The notes under the pieces: model-generated
Database searches by the model: none
What the model saw: the letters and a program-made list of their open reading frames with translations, nothing else
What the model was told of the DNA's origin: nothing
Assembly (NCBI GenBank): GCA_963815195.1
Contig: CAWFGE010000022.1
Span: forward strand, 224,001-288,000
DNA length: 64,000 nucleotides
DNA from: an uncultured Planctomycetaceae bacterium
Lineage (GTDB): Bacteria > Planctomycetota > Planctomycetia > Planctomycetales > Planctomycetaceae
Direction: 5' to 3'
Shown here: in pieces, positions 33,692-45,358 of the stretch
Layout: the number at the start of each line of letters is the position of its first letter
How positions within the stretch are numbered: the stretch's first letter is position 1
Made by a program: the position numbers and the translations under genes

Positions 33692-36649
33692 ATGACGATG
33701 CCGGTGGACGCGAAAAGGCCCCCCCCGAAATGCCGGCGGGTTCTGCTGGGAATTGCGGTTCTCGTTGTCTGCGCCGCCGGGTTTGTCGGGTGGGCGACGC
33801 GGGAAACGGGCGCGGAGCGAGCGCGGCGGCTGTTGGCGGAAGCTCGGATCACGCACCTTGCGGGAAAGAACGCCGAGGCCGAAGACCTCGCCCGCTCCGC
33901 CTTGGAATCTGATCCCTCGCTCAGCGAGGCGGCGTTGATCGCGGCCCGTTGCGCCGTCGCCCGAAAAGACTTTGCGAGAGCCATCGAGTATGCGAATAAA
34001 GCCGAGTCCGGTCCATCGGACACCCGCGTTTCGGCGCTCTTGTTGACGGCCGATCTCAACCATCATCGCCTCGGCCGGTTGTCTCAGGCGGAAGAAGACT
34101 ACCGGGCGGCCTTGGCGATCGATCGGGACAACCTCCTCGCCAACCGCGGGCTGGCGGACTTGCTCGGACTGTGCGGCCGCGGCCGGGAGGCGGTGCCCTT
34201 TGTGCTCCGCACGGTGAAGCTCGACCAGCCGACGAATCAACTTCTGCTGATCGCCCGGCCGAGCGGAGCGGTCAACGACCCGCGCACGCTGGAAAAGGCC
34301 GCCGCGATGTCGCCGCACGATGTCAATGCGCTCGTGGGTTTGGCGTGGCACGCGGCCTCCAACGAGCAGAACGAAAAAGCGGTCCCGCTGTTGCAAAAGG
34401 CGTTGGACATCGCACCCGATCACGCCGGGGCCTATGTCGCGTTGGGGCGGCAGTATTTGACCTTGGCCCGGTTCGATGCGCTGGCGGCCTGGGCGGAAAA
34501 CACGGTTCCGGGTGCGGAAAAGTTCGGAGAGACGTGGCTGATCCGCGGCCGGCTCGCGGAGCACCGCGGGAACTTGGAAGGCGCGGTGCGTTGTTATTGG
34601 GAAGCGGTCCGGCTCGCTCCCGAATCCAAAGCGGCGAATTTTCATTTGTCCAAACTGCTGGCGGCGACAAACCAACCGGTCCGGGCCGAGCCGTTCCTCC
34701 GGCGGATCCGTCAACTCGAGCGCCTTCGCGCGGTTCAGGATCGCGTGTTTTCCCGCGGCCCGACGCCGGGGCTGTTGCTCGAACTGGCCAAAGCCTACGA
34801 AGACGCGGGCCGAATTTGGGAGGCTTATGGTTGGTCGCTGCTGGCTCGGCAGCAGAACGCCGGCTTTCCTGAACTTGCCAATTACGTGGAAGCCATTCGG
34901 AGCAAAACCCGGCATCTTCCGCTGCGACTCACGGCGGATGCCGCGAACCCGGCGATCGCGGTCGATCTGTCGTCTTATCCCGTGCCGACGTTTCAACCGC
35001 CGCCCCAGTCCCCGGCCGCTGAGCCTCTTGGGAACGTGCCGGCTGTGACGTTTCGCGACGACGCGGCGTCGGCCGGTTTGAGATTTGAGTATCACAACGG
35101 CAGCCCCGAAACACCCCGCCGCCGGATGTTTGAATTGACGGGCGGCGGCATCGGGGTTCTGGATTTTGATCGGGACGGTTTTCCGGATGTCTGTTTTTCG
35201 CAAGGTGGCCGGTGGCCCCCGGGCTTGGACAACGGCGGCGATCACGATCGCCTGTTTCAGAATCTATCGGGCGACCGGTTTCGCGATGCGACGATTTCCG
35301 CCGGTCTCGCCGAAACCAGCTTCGGGCAGGGCATCGCGGTCGGGGATTATGACTCCGACGGATTCCCGGACCTCTACGTGGCGAACATTGGAGCGAATCG
35401 GCTGTGGATCAACAACGGCGACGGCACCTTCGCCGACGGCACCAGCGCGGCGGGCCTCGCCGGAAACGAATGGACCACAAGCTGCCTCATGGCGGATCTC
35501 AACGCCGACGGCTTTCCCGACATCTATGATGTGAACTACCTCAAAGGGGACGACCTGTTCGACCGCGTCTGCCAACATGCCGACCGCAGCCCGGCGCTTT
35601 GCATGCCGTTCGATTTCGAAGGGGAAGCGGACCGGCTGTGGCTGAGCATCGGCGACGGGCGGTTTTCGGATGCGACCTCGGAATGTCTCTCCGTGCGCCC
35701 CAACGGCAAAGGTCTGGGCGTCGTGGCCTGGGATGTCCAAGGGGCGGGGCGTTTGAGCCTGCTCATCGCGAACGACACGACGCCCAATTTTTTCTTTGCT
35801 CCCAAGCCGGAAAACGAGAAAAACTTTTTGTTGGAAGAGCGGGGAATCCTCTCCGGCCTCGCATTTAACGGCAACGGCAAAGCGGAAGGCTGCATGGGGA
35901 TCGCTGTGGGCGATGTTGACGGAGACGGCCGCTTGGATGTGCACATCACCAATTTCCTTGCGGAATCGAACACGCTCTGGCTCCAGAGATCCCCGGGGCT
36001 TTTTGAAGATGCGACTCAAACCGCCGGGCTGCGAACGCCCACGCTGGGCGCGCTGGGATTCGGGACGCAGTTCCTCGATGCCGACCGCGACGGCCGGCTG
36101 GATTTGTTTGTCGCCAACGGGCACATCGACGACCTCCGCGCCTTCGGCCGGCCCTATGAGATGGCCCCGCAGTTCTTTCAGTGGAACGGGGCAAGTTTCA
36201 CCGAAGCGAACCCCGAAACGCTGGGACCCTATTTCCAAAAGACGTGGCTGGGCCGGGCTGCCGCGCGGCTCGATTGGAACCGGGACGGCCGGGCCGACTT
36301 GTTCGTCGGTCATCTTGGCCGACCGTCGGCTCTGTTGACCAACACGACGCGCGCGGGCGGTCGATTTTTGTCATTAAAGCTCGTGGGCGTGGGCAGCAAC
36401 CGCGACGCCGTCGGCACAACCGCCCGAGCCCGCATCGGCCAAAAGCGGTTCGTGCATCAACTCGTCGGCGGAGGCGGTTATCAAGCGAGCAATCAACAAG
36501 AGCTGCTCCTGGGCACGGGCGAAGCGCGGCAAGTGGATGAACTCAAAATTCGCTGGCCGTCCGGCCGCGAGCAGACCTTCGAGCACATCCCCGCAGACCA
36601 GCACCTGCTGCTCATCGAGGGCGCGGATCGCCTCTTGCCGATCGAGTGA
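33692..36649 (+). CDS. TPR + FG-GAP + ASPIC/UnbV (CRTAC1-like) protein 2
   Basis: TM helix, TPR region, several D.D.DG..D repeats, SNRDAVG, GGGYQAS and IRWPSG. Confidence 0.92.
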   Translation: MTMPVDAKRPPPKCRRVLLGIAVLVVCAAGFVGWATRETGAERARRLLAEARITHLAGKNAEAEDLARSALESDPSLSEAALIAARCAVARKDFARAIEYANKAESGPSDTRVSALLLTADLNHHRLGRLSQAEEDYRAALAIDRDNLLANRGLADLLGLCGRGREAVPFVLRTVKLDQPTNQLLLIARPSGAVNDPRTLEKAAAMSPHDVNALVGLAWHAASNEQNEKAVPLLQKALDIAPDHAGAYVALGRQYLTLARFDALAAWAENTVPGAEKFGETWLIRGRLAEHRGNLEGAVRCYWEAVRLAPESKAANFHLSKLLAATNQPVRAEPFLRRIRQLERLRAVQDRVFSRGPTPGLLLELAKAYEDAGRIWEAYGWSLLARQQNAGFPELANYVEAIRSKTRHLPLRLTADAANPAIAVDLSSYPVPTFQPPPQSPAAEPLGNVPAVTFRDDAASAGLRFEYHNGSPETPRRRMFELTGGGIGVLDFDRDGFPDVCFSQGGRWPPGLDNGGDHDRLFQNLSGDRFRDATISAGLAETSFGQGIAVGDYDSDGFPDLYVANIGANRLWINNGDGTFADGTSAAGLAGNEWTTSCLMADLNADGFPDIYDVNYLKGDDLFDRVCQHADRSPALCMPFDFEGEADRLWLSIGDGRFSDATSECLSVRPNGKGLGVVAWDVQGAGRLSLLIANDTTPNFFFAPKPENEKNFLLEERGILSGLAFNGNGKAEGCMGIAVGDVDGDGRLDVHITNFLAESNTLWLQRSPGLFEDATQTAGLRTPTLGALGFGTQFLDADRDGRLDLFVANGHIDDLRAFGRPYEMAPQFFQWNGASFTEANPETLGPYFQKTWLGRAAARLDWNRDGRADLFVGHLGRPSALLTNTTRAGGRFLSLKLVGVGSNRDAVGTTARARIGQKRFVHQLVGGGGYQASNQQELLLGTGEARQVDELKIRWPSGREQTFEHIPADQHLLLIEGADRLLPIE

Positions 36650-36747
36650 TGCGATCCTGCCGGCTGATCGATTCGCCGCAGGGCGCTCGCCCCGGTTCTT
36701 GAGGAAGTCTCGCGACGGTTTCGAAATCCAACAGTCGTCTCATGCGA

Positions 36748-36785
36748 CAAAGCCGGAGTTCCCCGTCGGCAGAACTCCGGCTTTG
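36748..36785. terminator. Hairpin between convergent genes, likely terminator
   Basis: 14-bp stem caaagccggagttc / gaactccggctttg. Confidence 0.65.
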
Positions 36786-36806
36786 AAGTTTGATGCGAGC
36801 GTCCGG

Positions 36807-38475
36807 TTAGACTTCCTTGTCCTTGTCTTTGCTTTCGTTGAAGGCGGCCTTGCGGGTTGTGCCGGGTTCGGATTTGGGTTCGGCGTGCGTGGCGCCGTTG
36901 TGGGACTCGCCGTTTTCCGGGGTGAGTTTGGCGAGGTATTCGGGAACTTCGATGCCCCCGATGTCCCGCATGACTTGCAGCATGGGCGGCAGGCTGCGGG
37001 ACATGCCTTGCAGGAAGTTGGAGGTCGCGGTCTGGCCGTTGCCGTTCCCGCCGTTTTCCCAGACGATGACCTTGTCGAACTTGATGTTGGCGATCGCCTC
37101 GGCGGATTTGCTGGCGAGCATATCCAGGTGTTCGAGCATCAAGAGTTGGAAGGCGTCCTGGGCGGTGCCGCAAGCGCTGATGATCTCGCGGAGCCCTTCC
37201 CCCTTGCGGGCCAGGATTTCATATTGCCCGCGGGCCTCGGCTTCCAGCTTGGCGTAAATCATGGCGGCTTCGGCCTCGGCGTCCAACTTCTTTTTGGCGG
37301 CGGCGGCTTCGGCTTCCACGATCGTCTTCGCTTTCTGGGCTTTCGCCGGCGCTTTCGAGCTCCGCCCGCCGCTCGGCTTCCACGCGCTCGGCTTCCGCGA
37401 GCGCCGCCTTCGCCATCGCCCGGTTCTGGGCTTCTTCCACCGCGGCTTGGGCTTCGCGTTTTTTCGTTTCCCCAATCTGATACGCTTCCGCCTGCGCGAC
37501 TTGCAACCGCGACTTCGCCTCGGCAACTTTGGCTTCGGCCTGGGCTTCCCCCTCGAACGCGGTCGCATTCGCCCCGGCCACGGACACCCGCTTCTCCCGC
37601 TCCGCATCGGCGACTTCCGTCTCCTGGGCATAAACCGCCCGCTGCTCGGCGACTTGCTGCTCGCGGTTCAAATCCGCAATCCGCACCGCCTGTTCCCGCT
37701 CCGCTTCCCGAATCCCGATCTGCTTCGCCTTGTTCGCGTTGGCAACTTGGATCATCTTGTCGCGGTCGGCACCGGTCACGCGGATTTCGCCGAGCTTCTC
37801 TTGATCGGCCACGTCCGCCCGCGCGTTTTGCACGGCTTCGGCGGCGGCCCGTTTGCCGATCGCCTCGATATAGCCCGACTCGTCCGTGATGTCGGTGATG
37901 TTCACATTGATCAGCACGAGCCCGATCTTTTGCAGTTCCGGTTCGAGCGAATGCTGGATGCTGTGCAAAAACGTGTCGCGGTCGCGGTTGATGTCTTCAA
38001 TCCCCATCGAAGCGATCACCTGCCGGAGCTGCCCGAAGATGATGTCCTCCGCCTGCTTTTTGACCTGGGCCGTGTTCAATCCCAACAGCCGGATCGCGGC
38101 GTTCTGCATGATCTCGGGCTGCGTGCCGATGGCGACCGTGAACACACTGGGCACGTTGACGCGGATATTCTCGCTGGAGAGGGCGTCTTTCAGCGGGACC
38201 TCGATTTGCATCGGTTCGAGGCTCAGGTAATCGAAGTCCTGAATGATCGGCCACACGAACTTCCCGCCGCCGTGCACGGTCGTGGCCGACCGGCCTTTGC
38301 CCACGCTCCCGTAGATGACGAGGATTTTGTTGCTCGGGCAGCGTTTGTAGCGCTGCGAGACGAAGATGAGCAAGCTCACGAGAATCGCCAGCGCTCCGAT
38401 CAACACGGGCAGAAACCCCGTAAGCATATCGAGAAAGCCGGGATCCGCGGCGGGGACAAACAGGAGATCAAGCAT
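36807..38475 (-). CDS. Flotillin-like SPFH protein, frameshift near 37360
   Basis: RYKRCPSNKILVIYG, VPSVFTVAI, LINVNITDI and an AE-rich coiled coil. The C-terminus NIKFDKVIVWE is in ORF 36807..37631. Confidence 0.9.
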
Positions 38476-39110
38476 TTTCGGTTCCTTGAGATTTGGTTTG
38501 TGGAGAACGGGATTCCTCGGCGCGCACGACTTCCAGCACATTGAGGGCGGGGGCGTCCACGACCCGAATCGGCGTGCCGGTGGCGAGGCTTTCACCCTCG
38601 GTCAACGCGTCATATTCCATCGTGCGGTCTTGCACCACGACGGTGATTTTGCCCTTGCCTTTGCGGCGTGCGGGGATCGATAAATACACCGTCCCCGTGC
38701 AACCGATCGCGTCGTAGTCGTGCACGGTTCCATCGTTGGCGAAGTTGTAAAGGCCCTGGAGCAGATAGGCCACGCCGAACAGCACCGCCACGCCGCAGAC
38801 CGAGGCAATCAAAAACACCTTGGATGGTCCGTACATCCGCTGCGCACATCCCTGCAATGCCGAACATCATCACCGCCGAGGCAATCGCGCGGAAACTCAA
38901 AACCGCCAAGAACGTATTGCCGGCGTGATCGCCGTCGGCATGATCCAAGTCGTGGCCGGCGGACACATCGGCGTCGGGATGATCCAAATGGAGATCCACC
39001 GAGCCGTCGTGGATGTCGGCATCGTGCCCGACGCCAAAAAGGCCGGCCAGGATTTGCAGACCGAGCAAAGCCCCGGCCCCCACCGCGCAATAGAAATAGA
39101 CCGATGCCAT
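38468..39110 (-). CDS. NfeD-like membrane protein (flotillin partner), frameshift near 38840
   Basis: TM helix, a His/Asp-rich loop, LSFRAI, and a C-terminal OB-like GTVYLSIP...GKGKITV.VQDR..EY.ALT. Confidence 0.8.
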
Positions 39111-39482
39111 GATCCGACCTCCACGGGACGAGGGAAGGATGCCCAGTTTGTCGGGAAGAAAAATTCGAGGGATTGGTGTGAATGTATCGTCCCACTAAAA
39201 TCCCCGAACGTCAAAACATTTCTTCACCAAAATCGCGAAAAGCGAAATCGGGCGGGCTCGCTCATCACCCCCTAAACGGCGATTTTGGAAAAACGGATCA
39301 CTGTGCACGAAATTTTCTCAAGAATCTTCTGGGGAAAGTTTCAGGTTCCTCTGGGAACGCACTTTCGCGAAGCTCCGCTTCAGAACGCGTCCATGATCCA
39401 ATGATCCCTGCCTTTTCGGGGGCGAGAGCGTGCGCTACAATCGGTGAGGCGGTTTTTGTTTTCATTGAAAAGGGAGTGCACC

Positions 39483-40502
39483 TTGGCTGGTGAACCACGC
39501 GACTTCGACGAGTTCTTGTCCAAGTTCAAAAAACACCACGACTTGATGGTCGAGGAACTGCACAAGGTCATCATCGGGCAAGAGGCCGTCATCGAGCAGA
39601 TCCTGGCGGCGATTTTCACCGGCGGGCATTGCCTCTTGGTCGGAGTGCCCGGGTTGGCGAAAACGCTGATCGTGAGCACCATCGCCCAGATTCTGGATGT
39701 CTCGTTTCGGCGGATTCAATTCACGCCGGACCTTATGCCCTCGGACATCACCGGCACGAACGTCTTGGACGAAACCGACGAAGGCCGGCGGGAGTTTCGC
39801 TTCGTGCAGGGGCCGGTGTTTACGAACATTTTGCTCGCCGACGAAATCAACCGCACGCCGCCCAAAACGCAGGCGGCACTTCTGCAGGCCATGCAGGAGC
39901 GGGAAGTCACGGCGGGCCAGACGACCTATCCGCTCCCGGAGCCGTTCTTCGTCATCGCCACGCAAAACCCGATCGAGCAGGAGGGGACCTATCCGCTCCC
40001 CGAGGCCCAACTCGACCGGTTTATGTTCAACGTGAAGGTGGATTACCCCAATCTGAACGAGGAAGAAGCCATCCTCGCCGCGACGACCCGCGGTGAGAAG
40101 CCGGAAGTCCGCAAGGTGCTCTCGGCGAAGTCCATCACCTATCTGCAGCGGCAAATCAGCCAGATCGAAGCCACGCCTTTGACGATCAACTACGTGGCCC
40201 GACTGGTCAGGGCCACGCGGCCAGCGGACGGGACGGCCCCCAAGTTCGTCAAGGACATGGTCGATTGGGGAGCCGGCCCGCGGGCGGGACAATACCTGAT
40301 CGCCGGCGGCAAAGCCGTCGCCGCGATGGACGGCCGGCCCAGCGTGGCCCTCGAGGACGTCCGCCGGGTCGCGATTCCGGTGCTCAGGCATCGGATCTCG
40401 ACGAACTTCCAGGCCCAAGCCGAAGGCCTCGGCACCGAGGACATCGTCAACCGCCTCATCCAGGAAGTGCCCGAACCCAATATCCCCAAATATCAGAAAT
40501 AA
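39483..40502 (+). CDS. MoxR-family AAA+ ATPase
   Basis: Motifs GVPGLAKT, RIQFTPDLMPSDITG, LLADEINRTPPKTQ, ATQNPIEQEGTYPLPEAQLDRF and WGAGPRA. Confidence 0.95.
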   Translation: MAGEPRDFDEFLSKFKKHHDLMVEELHKVIIGQEAVIEQILAAIFTGGHCLLVGVPGLAKTLIVSTIAQILDVSFRRIQFTPDLMPSDITGTNVLDETDEGRREFRFVQGPVFTNILLADEINRTPPKTQAALLQAMQEREVTAGQTTYPLPEPFFVIATQNPIEQEGTYPLPEAQLDRFMFNVKVDYPNLNEEEAILAATTRGEKPEVRKVLSAKSITYLQRQISQIEATPLTINYVARLVRATRPADGTAPKFVKDMVDWGAGPRAGQYLIAGGKAVAAMDGRPSVALEDVRRVAIPVLRHRISTNFQAQAEGLGTEDIVNRLIQEVPEPNIPKYQK

Positions 40503-40751
40503 CATGGCTCCAAGCGCAAAAACGCCAGTCATCCCCGGCTGACCGGGCAAATCTTTAAGTTTTCTGAACATTTCCCGAAAAAAATCACGGATTGGGCGAT
40601 TCTCCCCAAAAAATGCGAAACCCCTGAAATCTCCAGGGGTTTACTTAACCTATGGCTTGGCTTTTTGGTTCGGCCCGGCCTCATGTCCCGAAAACTCGCC
40701 CGGCATGTCTCATGGGCGAACAGTCTCCCCAATTCATTTAGGAGAAAAGAG

Positions 40752-41339
40752 ATGCGTTTAGTGTTGGCAGGTCTAGTAGCGGTGGCGTTGATGGTTTCTC
40801 TCGATGCGTTCGCCCAACAGCAACCCGGCGGGCAGCGCGGACAAGGTCAAGGCCAAGGACAGCGTGGTCCCGGCGGACGGGGCGGATTTGGCGGCGGATT
40901 TGGCGGTGGCAGCCTGGTCGTCCAGGCGATCGACAAAAACAACGATGGCGAACTGTCGGCCGAAGAAATCAGCAATGCCGTCGCCGCTCTCAAAGCCCTC
41001 GACAAAAACAAAGACGGCAAAATCGATCGCGACGAGCAACGGCCCGATTTCGCCGGCCAAATGATCACCCGCATGATGGAGAACGACAAAAACAAAGACG
41101 GCAAACTCAGCAAGGACGAAGTGTCCGAACGGATGCAGGGCCGCTTCGCCGACATCGACACCAACAAAGACGGGAAGCTCGATGAAAAAGAACTCCGCGC
41201 CTCCTTCGCCAATTTCGGTCGCGGTCGCGGACCCGGCGGACAAAACGGCCAGGGTGGCCGTGGGGGTCGTCCGGGCGGAAATAACGACAACAACAACGGC
41301 GGCACGCGTCGGCCCCAAAGCGACGGCGTCGACCTTTAA
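40752..41339 (+). CDS. Secreted EF-hand protein with Gly/Arg/Gln-rich flanks
   Basis: Signal peptide ending AFA-Q, then four loops DKNNDGEL, DKNKDGKI, DKNKDGKL and DTNKDGKL. Confidence 0.88.
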   Translation: MRLVLAGLVAVALMVSLDAFAQQQPGGQRGQGQGQGQRGPGGRGGFGGGFGGGSLVVQAIDKNNDGELSAEEISNAVAALKALDKNKDGKIDRDEQRPDFAGQMITRMMENDKNKDGKLSKDEVSERMQGRFADIDTNKDGKLDEKELRASFANFGRGRGPGGQNGQGGRGGRPGGNNDNNNGGTRRPQSDGVDL

Positions 41340-41378
41340 GAGATCACCTACATTCTCCTAAAGAAATCCTCGTGAGAC

Positions 41379-41471
41379 TACGGGGACGCAACGGCCTGAC
41401 AGCGCTGTGGTCAATCGGGTTGTCCGCAGTTTGCCTCCTTCGTCCGGCTGGATGCGTCCCCGTATTTTTTT
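41379..41471 (+). terminator. Terminator-like stem with a large loop
   Basis: tacggggacgca (41379-41390) pairs with tgcgtccccgta (41453-41464), followed by T7. Confidence 0.6.
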
Positions 41472-41540
41472 GAGCATCAACGTCACGATCACCCGAGTCG
41501 CCCGTCCACGTCAAGTCAGACCCCGAACACGACGCGAAAC

Positions 41541-41771
41541 TCAAAATCCCGAAGGACGGTTGGGCCGGCGGACAAAGTAATAAATCAACGCCCCCACCCA
41601 ATTCAAGAGCACAATAATCAGGATCCACACGATCTTGTCGTTGCCTTCGGCGGGTTCGTTCTGGGCGCAATCAATCAGCATCCATATCCAAAACGCCGTC
41701 AATGCGAGCCCCACAATCCCGAAGCACGCAAATGCCATCAATCCGGGAAGAATATCCATGCCATGATTCAT
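41541..41771 (-). CDS. Small membrane protein, PLDc N-terminal-like domain
   Basis: FWIWMLIDC..NEP..GNDKIVWILII.L...VGALIYYFVRRP. Confidence 0.8.
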   Translation of the reverse strand: MNHGMDILPGLMAFACFGIVGLALTAFWIWMLIDCAQNEPAEGNDKIVWILIIVLLNWVGALIYYFVRRPNRPSGF

Positions 41772-41845
41772 GGTTTGGCTTTCTGTCGTTCGATCATCTA
41801 ACGCTGAAAAATCCAAGAAGGACGCCGGACGATTGGCGGGTTCAT

Positions 41846-42106
41846 TCACCGCAAAAAAATCATCGCCAAGAGAATCCCCACCACAACCAAGGCCACAAGC
41901 GTATTGAGCAGAAACGCCGTGCGATCTGGCTTCGGTTCCAGGCGTCCCGCCCTCTTTGACCGCACGCGCGGTGGGGACCCCGCCGACTTCGCGGCTTGGG
42001 CTTCCTCGAACAGCCCGTCGCAACTTTTGCAATAGTACCGCTCGTTTTCCGCCGGCACAATCTGCCCCGACCCGCACGACGGGCAGCGAATCGATTGATG
42101 ATTCAT
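41846..42106 (-). CDS. Small zinc-ribbon protein with C-terminal TM helix
   Basis: GGAGG RBS, motifs CPSCGS and CKSCD, and a hydrophobic C-terminus. Confidence 0.6.
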   Translation of the reverse strand: MNHQSIRCPSCGSGQIVPAENERYYCKSCDGLFEEAQAAKSAGSPPRVRSKRAGRLEPKPDRTAFLLNTLVALVVVGILLAMIFLR

Positions 42107-42181
42107 GTCGTTTCCTCCGCAGAAACGGGGACGCGCGACAGAAGCGATTTCCAATTCTCACCAAACGATTGTATCACCTCA

Positions 42182-44894
42182 TCACCGCCGCTCAACAATA
42201 CCGGAAAGTTGGGATTTCGCGGAACGCTTACGGTTCCCCAAGCAGTGAAATGTGCCGCGGCCGATCAGTGCGCGGGGCGTTTGGATCTCGATGAGCTTGC
42301 CCCGACCGGGCGGACTGTGTTGGGCGGAATCCAACAGCAGATTTCCCTCCACTTGCACGCGAATGGGGGATGGGAATGTGTGAATGGGTGTCAGCCGCGA
42401 AAGCACGAACCAGTTCGCTTCCCTCCGCCCCGCGATATTTCAAACCGAACAGGTGCGCCGCCGGCTGCCAAATTGTGGAGAGACGCTCGGGTTCCAAAAT
42501 CTCCTGCTCGAGCCATTCCTTCCGAAGTTTGAGGAGCGACCGATACCAGCCGCGCATCGTGGGGTCGTCGCTGCCGGCGAGCTTGGATTCCTGAAAGGCC
42601 CGCTCGTCCGTCGGCGAGATCGCCCCGGACCATTCGTGGTGCGGATATTCGTTGGCCCGGCCTTGATCCACGGCCCGGCGGAGATGCTCATCTTCAAAGT
42701 CCGCAAAAAACCGAAACGGCGAAGCCTCGGCGTGCTCCTCGCCCATGAACAACAGCGGAATCGCGGGGTAGAGCAAAATCAAAGCGGCCGCCGCTTTCTG
42801 GTGCGCGGGCGAAGTCAATTGATGCACCCGCAAACCATGCGGATGGTTGCCGACGTTGTCATGATTTTGAAGCGCAATCACAAAGTCGGAGCGAAAGGCA
42901 TTCACCGGGTCGGACGGCCTGTTTGATCGCAGCTCATCATTCATCCGCCGCTCGGGCGGGCCTTCGTAGAGAAAGCCGTGCCGGAGCGACTCCGCCAGAT
43001 CCCCAGGACCGGTGTAGTCGCGGTGCGTGACGTGGACTCCCGGCGCGATCGCCGCGTAAATCGAATGCATAATATCATCGCACCAGAGGGCATCGTACGC
43101 CGGCCTGTTCTGTTCCGGCGGGAGCAGGACGGGATCGTAAATATTGGCCTCGGCGATCAGATGCATCTGCCGGCGGGTGTCCTTTTTGAATTCGGCGACG
43201 GCCGCGCGAATGTCTTCCAGCACATGGACCGGGCTGTCGTCGGCCATCGAGTGCACCGCATCGAGCCGGAGCCCGTCCAGATGATATTCCCGCAGCCAGT
43301 AGAGGGCGTTCTCGACAACGAACCGCCGCACGTGGGCCGCTTCGGAGCCATCAAAATCGAAGGCTTCGCCCCAGGGCGTGTGATGTTTGGGGGAATAATA
43401 CGGAGCAAACTTCGCCCAGTAATTGCCCTCCGGCCCGACGTGGTTGTAAACGACATCCAGAATTACCGCGAGGCCTCTTGCGTGGCAGGCGTCGATGAAG
43501 GCTTTGAAGTCGTCCGGGTTGCCGTAGGTGTTTCGCACCGCGAACAAATCCACGCCGTCGTAGCCCCAATTCCACCGGCCCGGCGTCTGCACGACCGGCA
43601 TGACCTCGACCGCCGTGATGCCCAGTTCCGTGAGTTCGTCCAACTTTTCAATCGCCGCGAGAAAAGTTCCCTCGGGCGTGAATGCGCCGATGTGAAGTTC
43701 ATAAATCACCAAGTCCCGTTTGCGGACGCCTTCCCAATGTTGATCGGTCCAGGGAAAGCTGCGGGGATCGATGACCTGCGACTCGCCGTGCACGCCGTGC
43801 GGCTGAAACCGGGACACGGGATCGGGCAGCAGCATTCCGCCGTCGAGCCGATAGCGATACAAATCGCCGGGACTGACATCATCGATGATCCCGGCGAAAT
43901 AGCCGTCCGCTTCGCGGGCGAGTGCATAAGACCGCGTGCCGATGTCGTTCTGGATCTCGACTTCAAGCGATTCATGCTGCGGCGCCCAGACGCGAAAATG
44001 GGTGCGGTGGAAATCCAGAGGATTCGCGCCCACGGGCAGCGGCAGGTTTTCGAGCATTTCCATTCGGGCGTCCCGAAATAAGCGGAACCGCAAACAGCCT
44101 TCCAACAGCCCGCTGGTCGCCGGGGCGCCCGCGACGACCAGCCGGTTCTCCCAGCCGCGTTCTTTGTGATGATGATACGCTTCGAGCGCGACGTTTCGAT
44201 CCGCGTTGGCGACGACGATCGCGCGGAACCCCGCCGTGAGCGCGGCCGTGTCGTTTCCGGAATCCCCCGCAAAGACGATCGACCGCCGTTCGTACTTCGC
44301 GAACTCGCACCACCACTTGAGCGCGTAGGCTTTGGAAACCTGCCGGGGCAAAAAGTCGATCAGCCCGTCGCCGTCGTAAGGATCGATGCTGGCGATCAGC
44401 GAATAGGGCGCATCGTGTGTTTCGAGACGATGTTCGAGTTCCGCCACCAATGGTTTCAGCCGCCCGGCGTCGGCGTAATAACTCAATTTGAACCGGCCCT
44501 GCTTTTCCTCTTCTTGGAGCCGGAGTTCCGGCAGATCGCGGAGGCTCTCTCGCAAGTCGGCGATCGGAAACGCGGCGATCAATGTCTCCAGATGTTCGCC
44601 ATACGCGGCGACTTCTTGCGGTTGGCCTTGTTGGTCCAGTTGATAAATCGTCGTGCCCACGTCGCAGATGATCCAATCGGGCCGGGGCAAATCGTGCTCG
44701 CTCCGCGCATGTTGAACCGAGGCCAAATGCCGGCCCGTGACGTAGGTCAAGGTCACCCTATGGCTGCGGACGAGTTCCGCCAGCCGCTGGAGATCGGTGC
44801 GGTTCTGCGGATGCTCCGCGAGGGGGATCAAGGTGCCGTCGAGATCGGTGGCCAGGACGAGATCTGAAAAATTGGGTCGAAGATTGCGGCTCAT
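42182..44894 (-). CDS. treZ: HAD-IIB phosphatase (SPP-like) fused to malto-oligosyltrehalose trehalohydrolase, probable frameshift near 42400
   Basis: N-terminal ATDLDGTL, YVTGR, ICDVGT and FAGDSGND are in frame with FRVWAP, PDPVSRFQP.GVHG, WGYDGV, GLRLDAVH and QNHDNVGN. Confidence 0.88.
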
Positions 44895-45263
44895 GTTGTT
44901 ATGGTGGTCTATACATACGGGTTTGTCATTGAACAAACGTTGCAGTTGGCCGGTGGAGACCGGCCAACTTTCCCAGACGTTCGCCCATGACCCGGGCATT
45001 CGTCAAGACCGATCGAGGTGGGAATTTCTGCAAAAGTCGTCTGCGAACGCAAAAGAACGGACGATTTTTGACCGAAAACGAAAGGGCAGCATCCGCCGGC
45101 GAGCGATCCAGGGACGGAAACATCCTCGCATCGAGAGCTAATGCGAAATCATCACCCGCTCCATCGAGATTTTTCCTCCGCCCGCCTGGTTTTGCTTCTG
45201 CCAGTGCCCGGGAACTTTGGCCCTGTGGATCTTACGTCCCACGCTCGCCCGCGTTCCCCAAAA

Positions 45264-45303
45264 ATCATGGGGCTGACGCCCGGGCTGACGCCCCACGCTC
45301 GCC
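45264..45303. repeat. REP-like element ATCATGGGGCT.ACGCCCGGGCT.ACGCCCCACGCTCGCC
   Basis: Near-identical copy at 51768-51807. Confidence 0.75.
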
Positions 45304-45358
45304 TTGATCCCCCTGTTCTTGAAAACATCCCCAAGCCTTCGTTCCCTGGAGGGAATTC

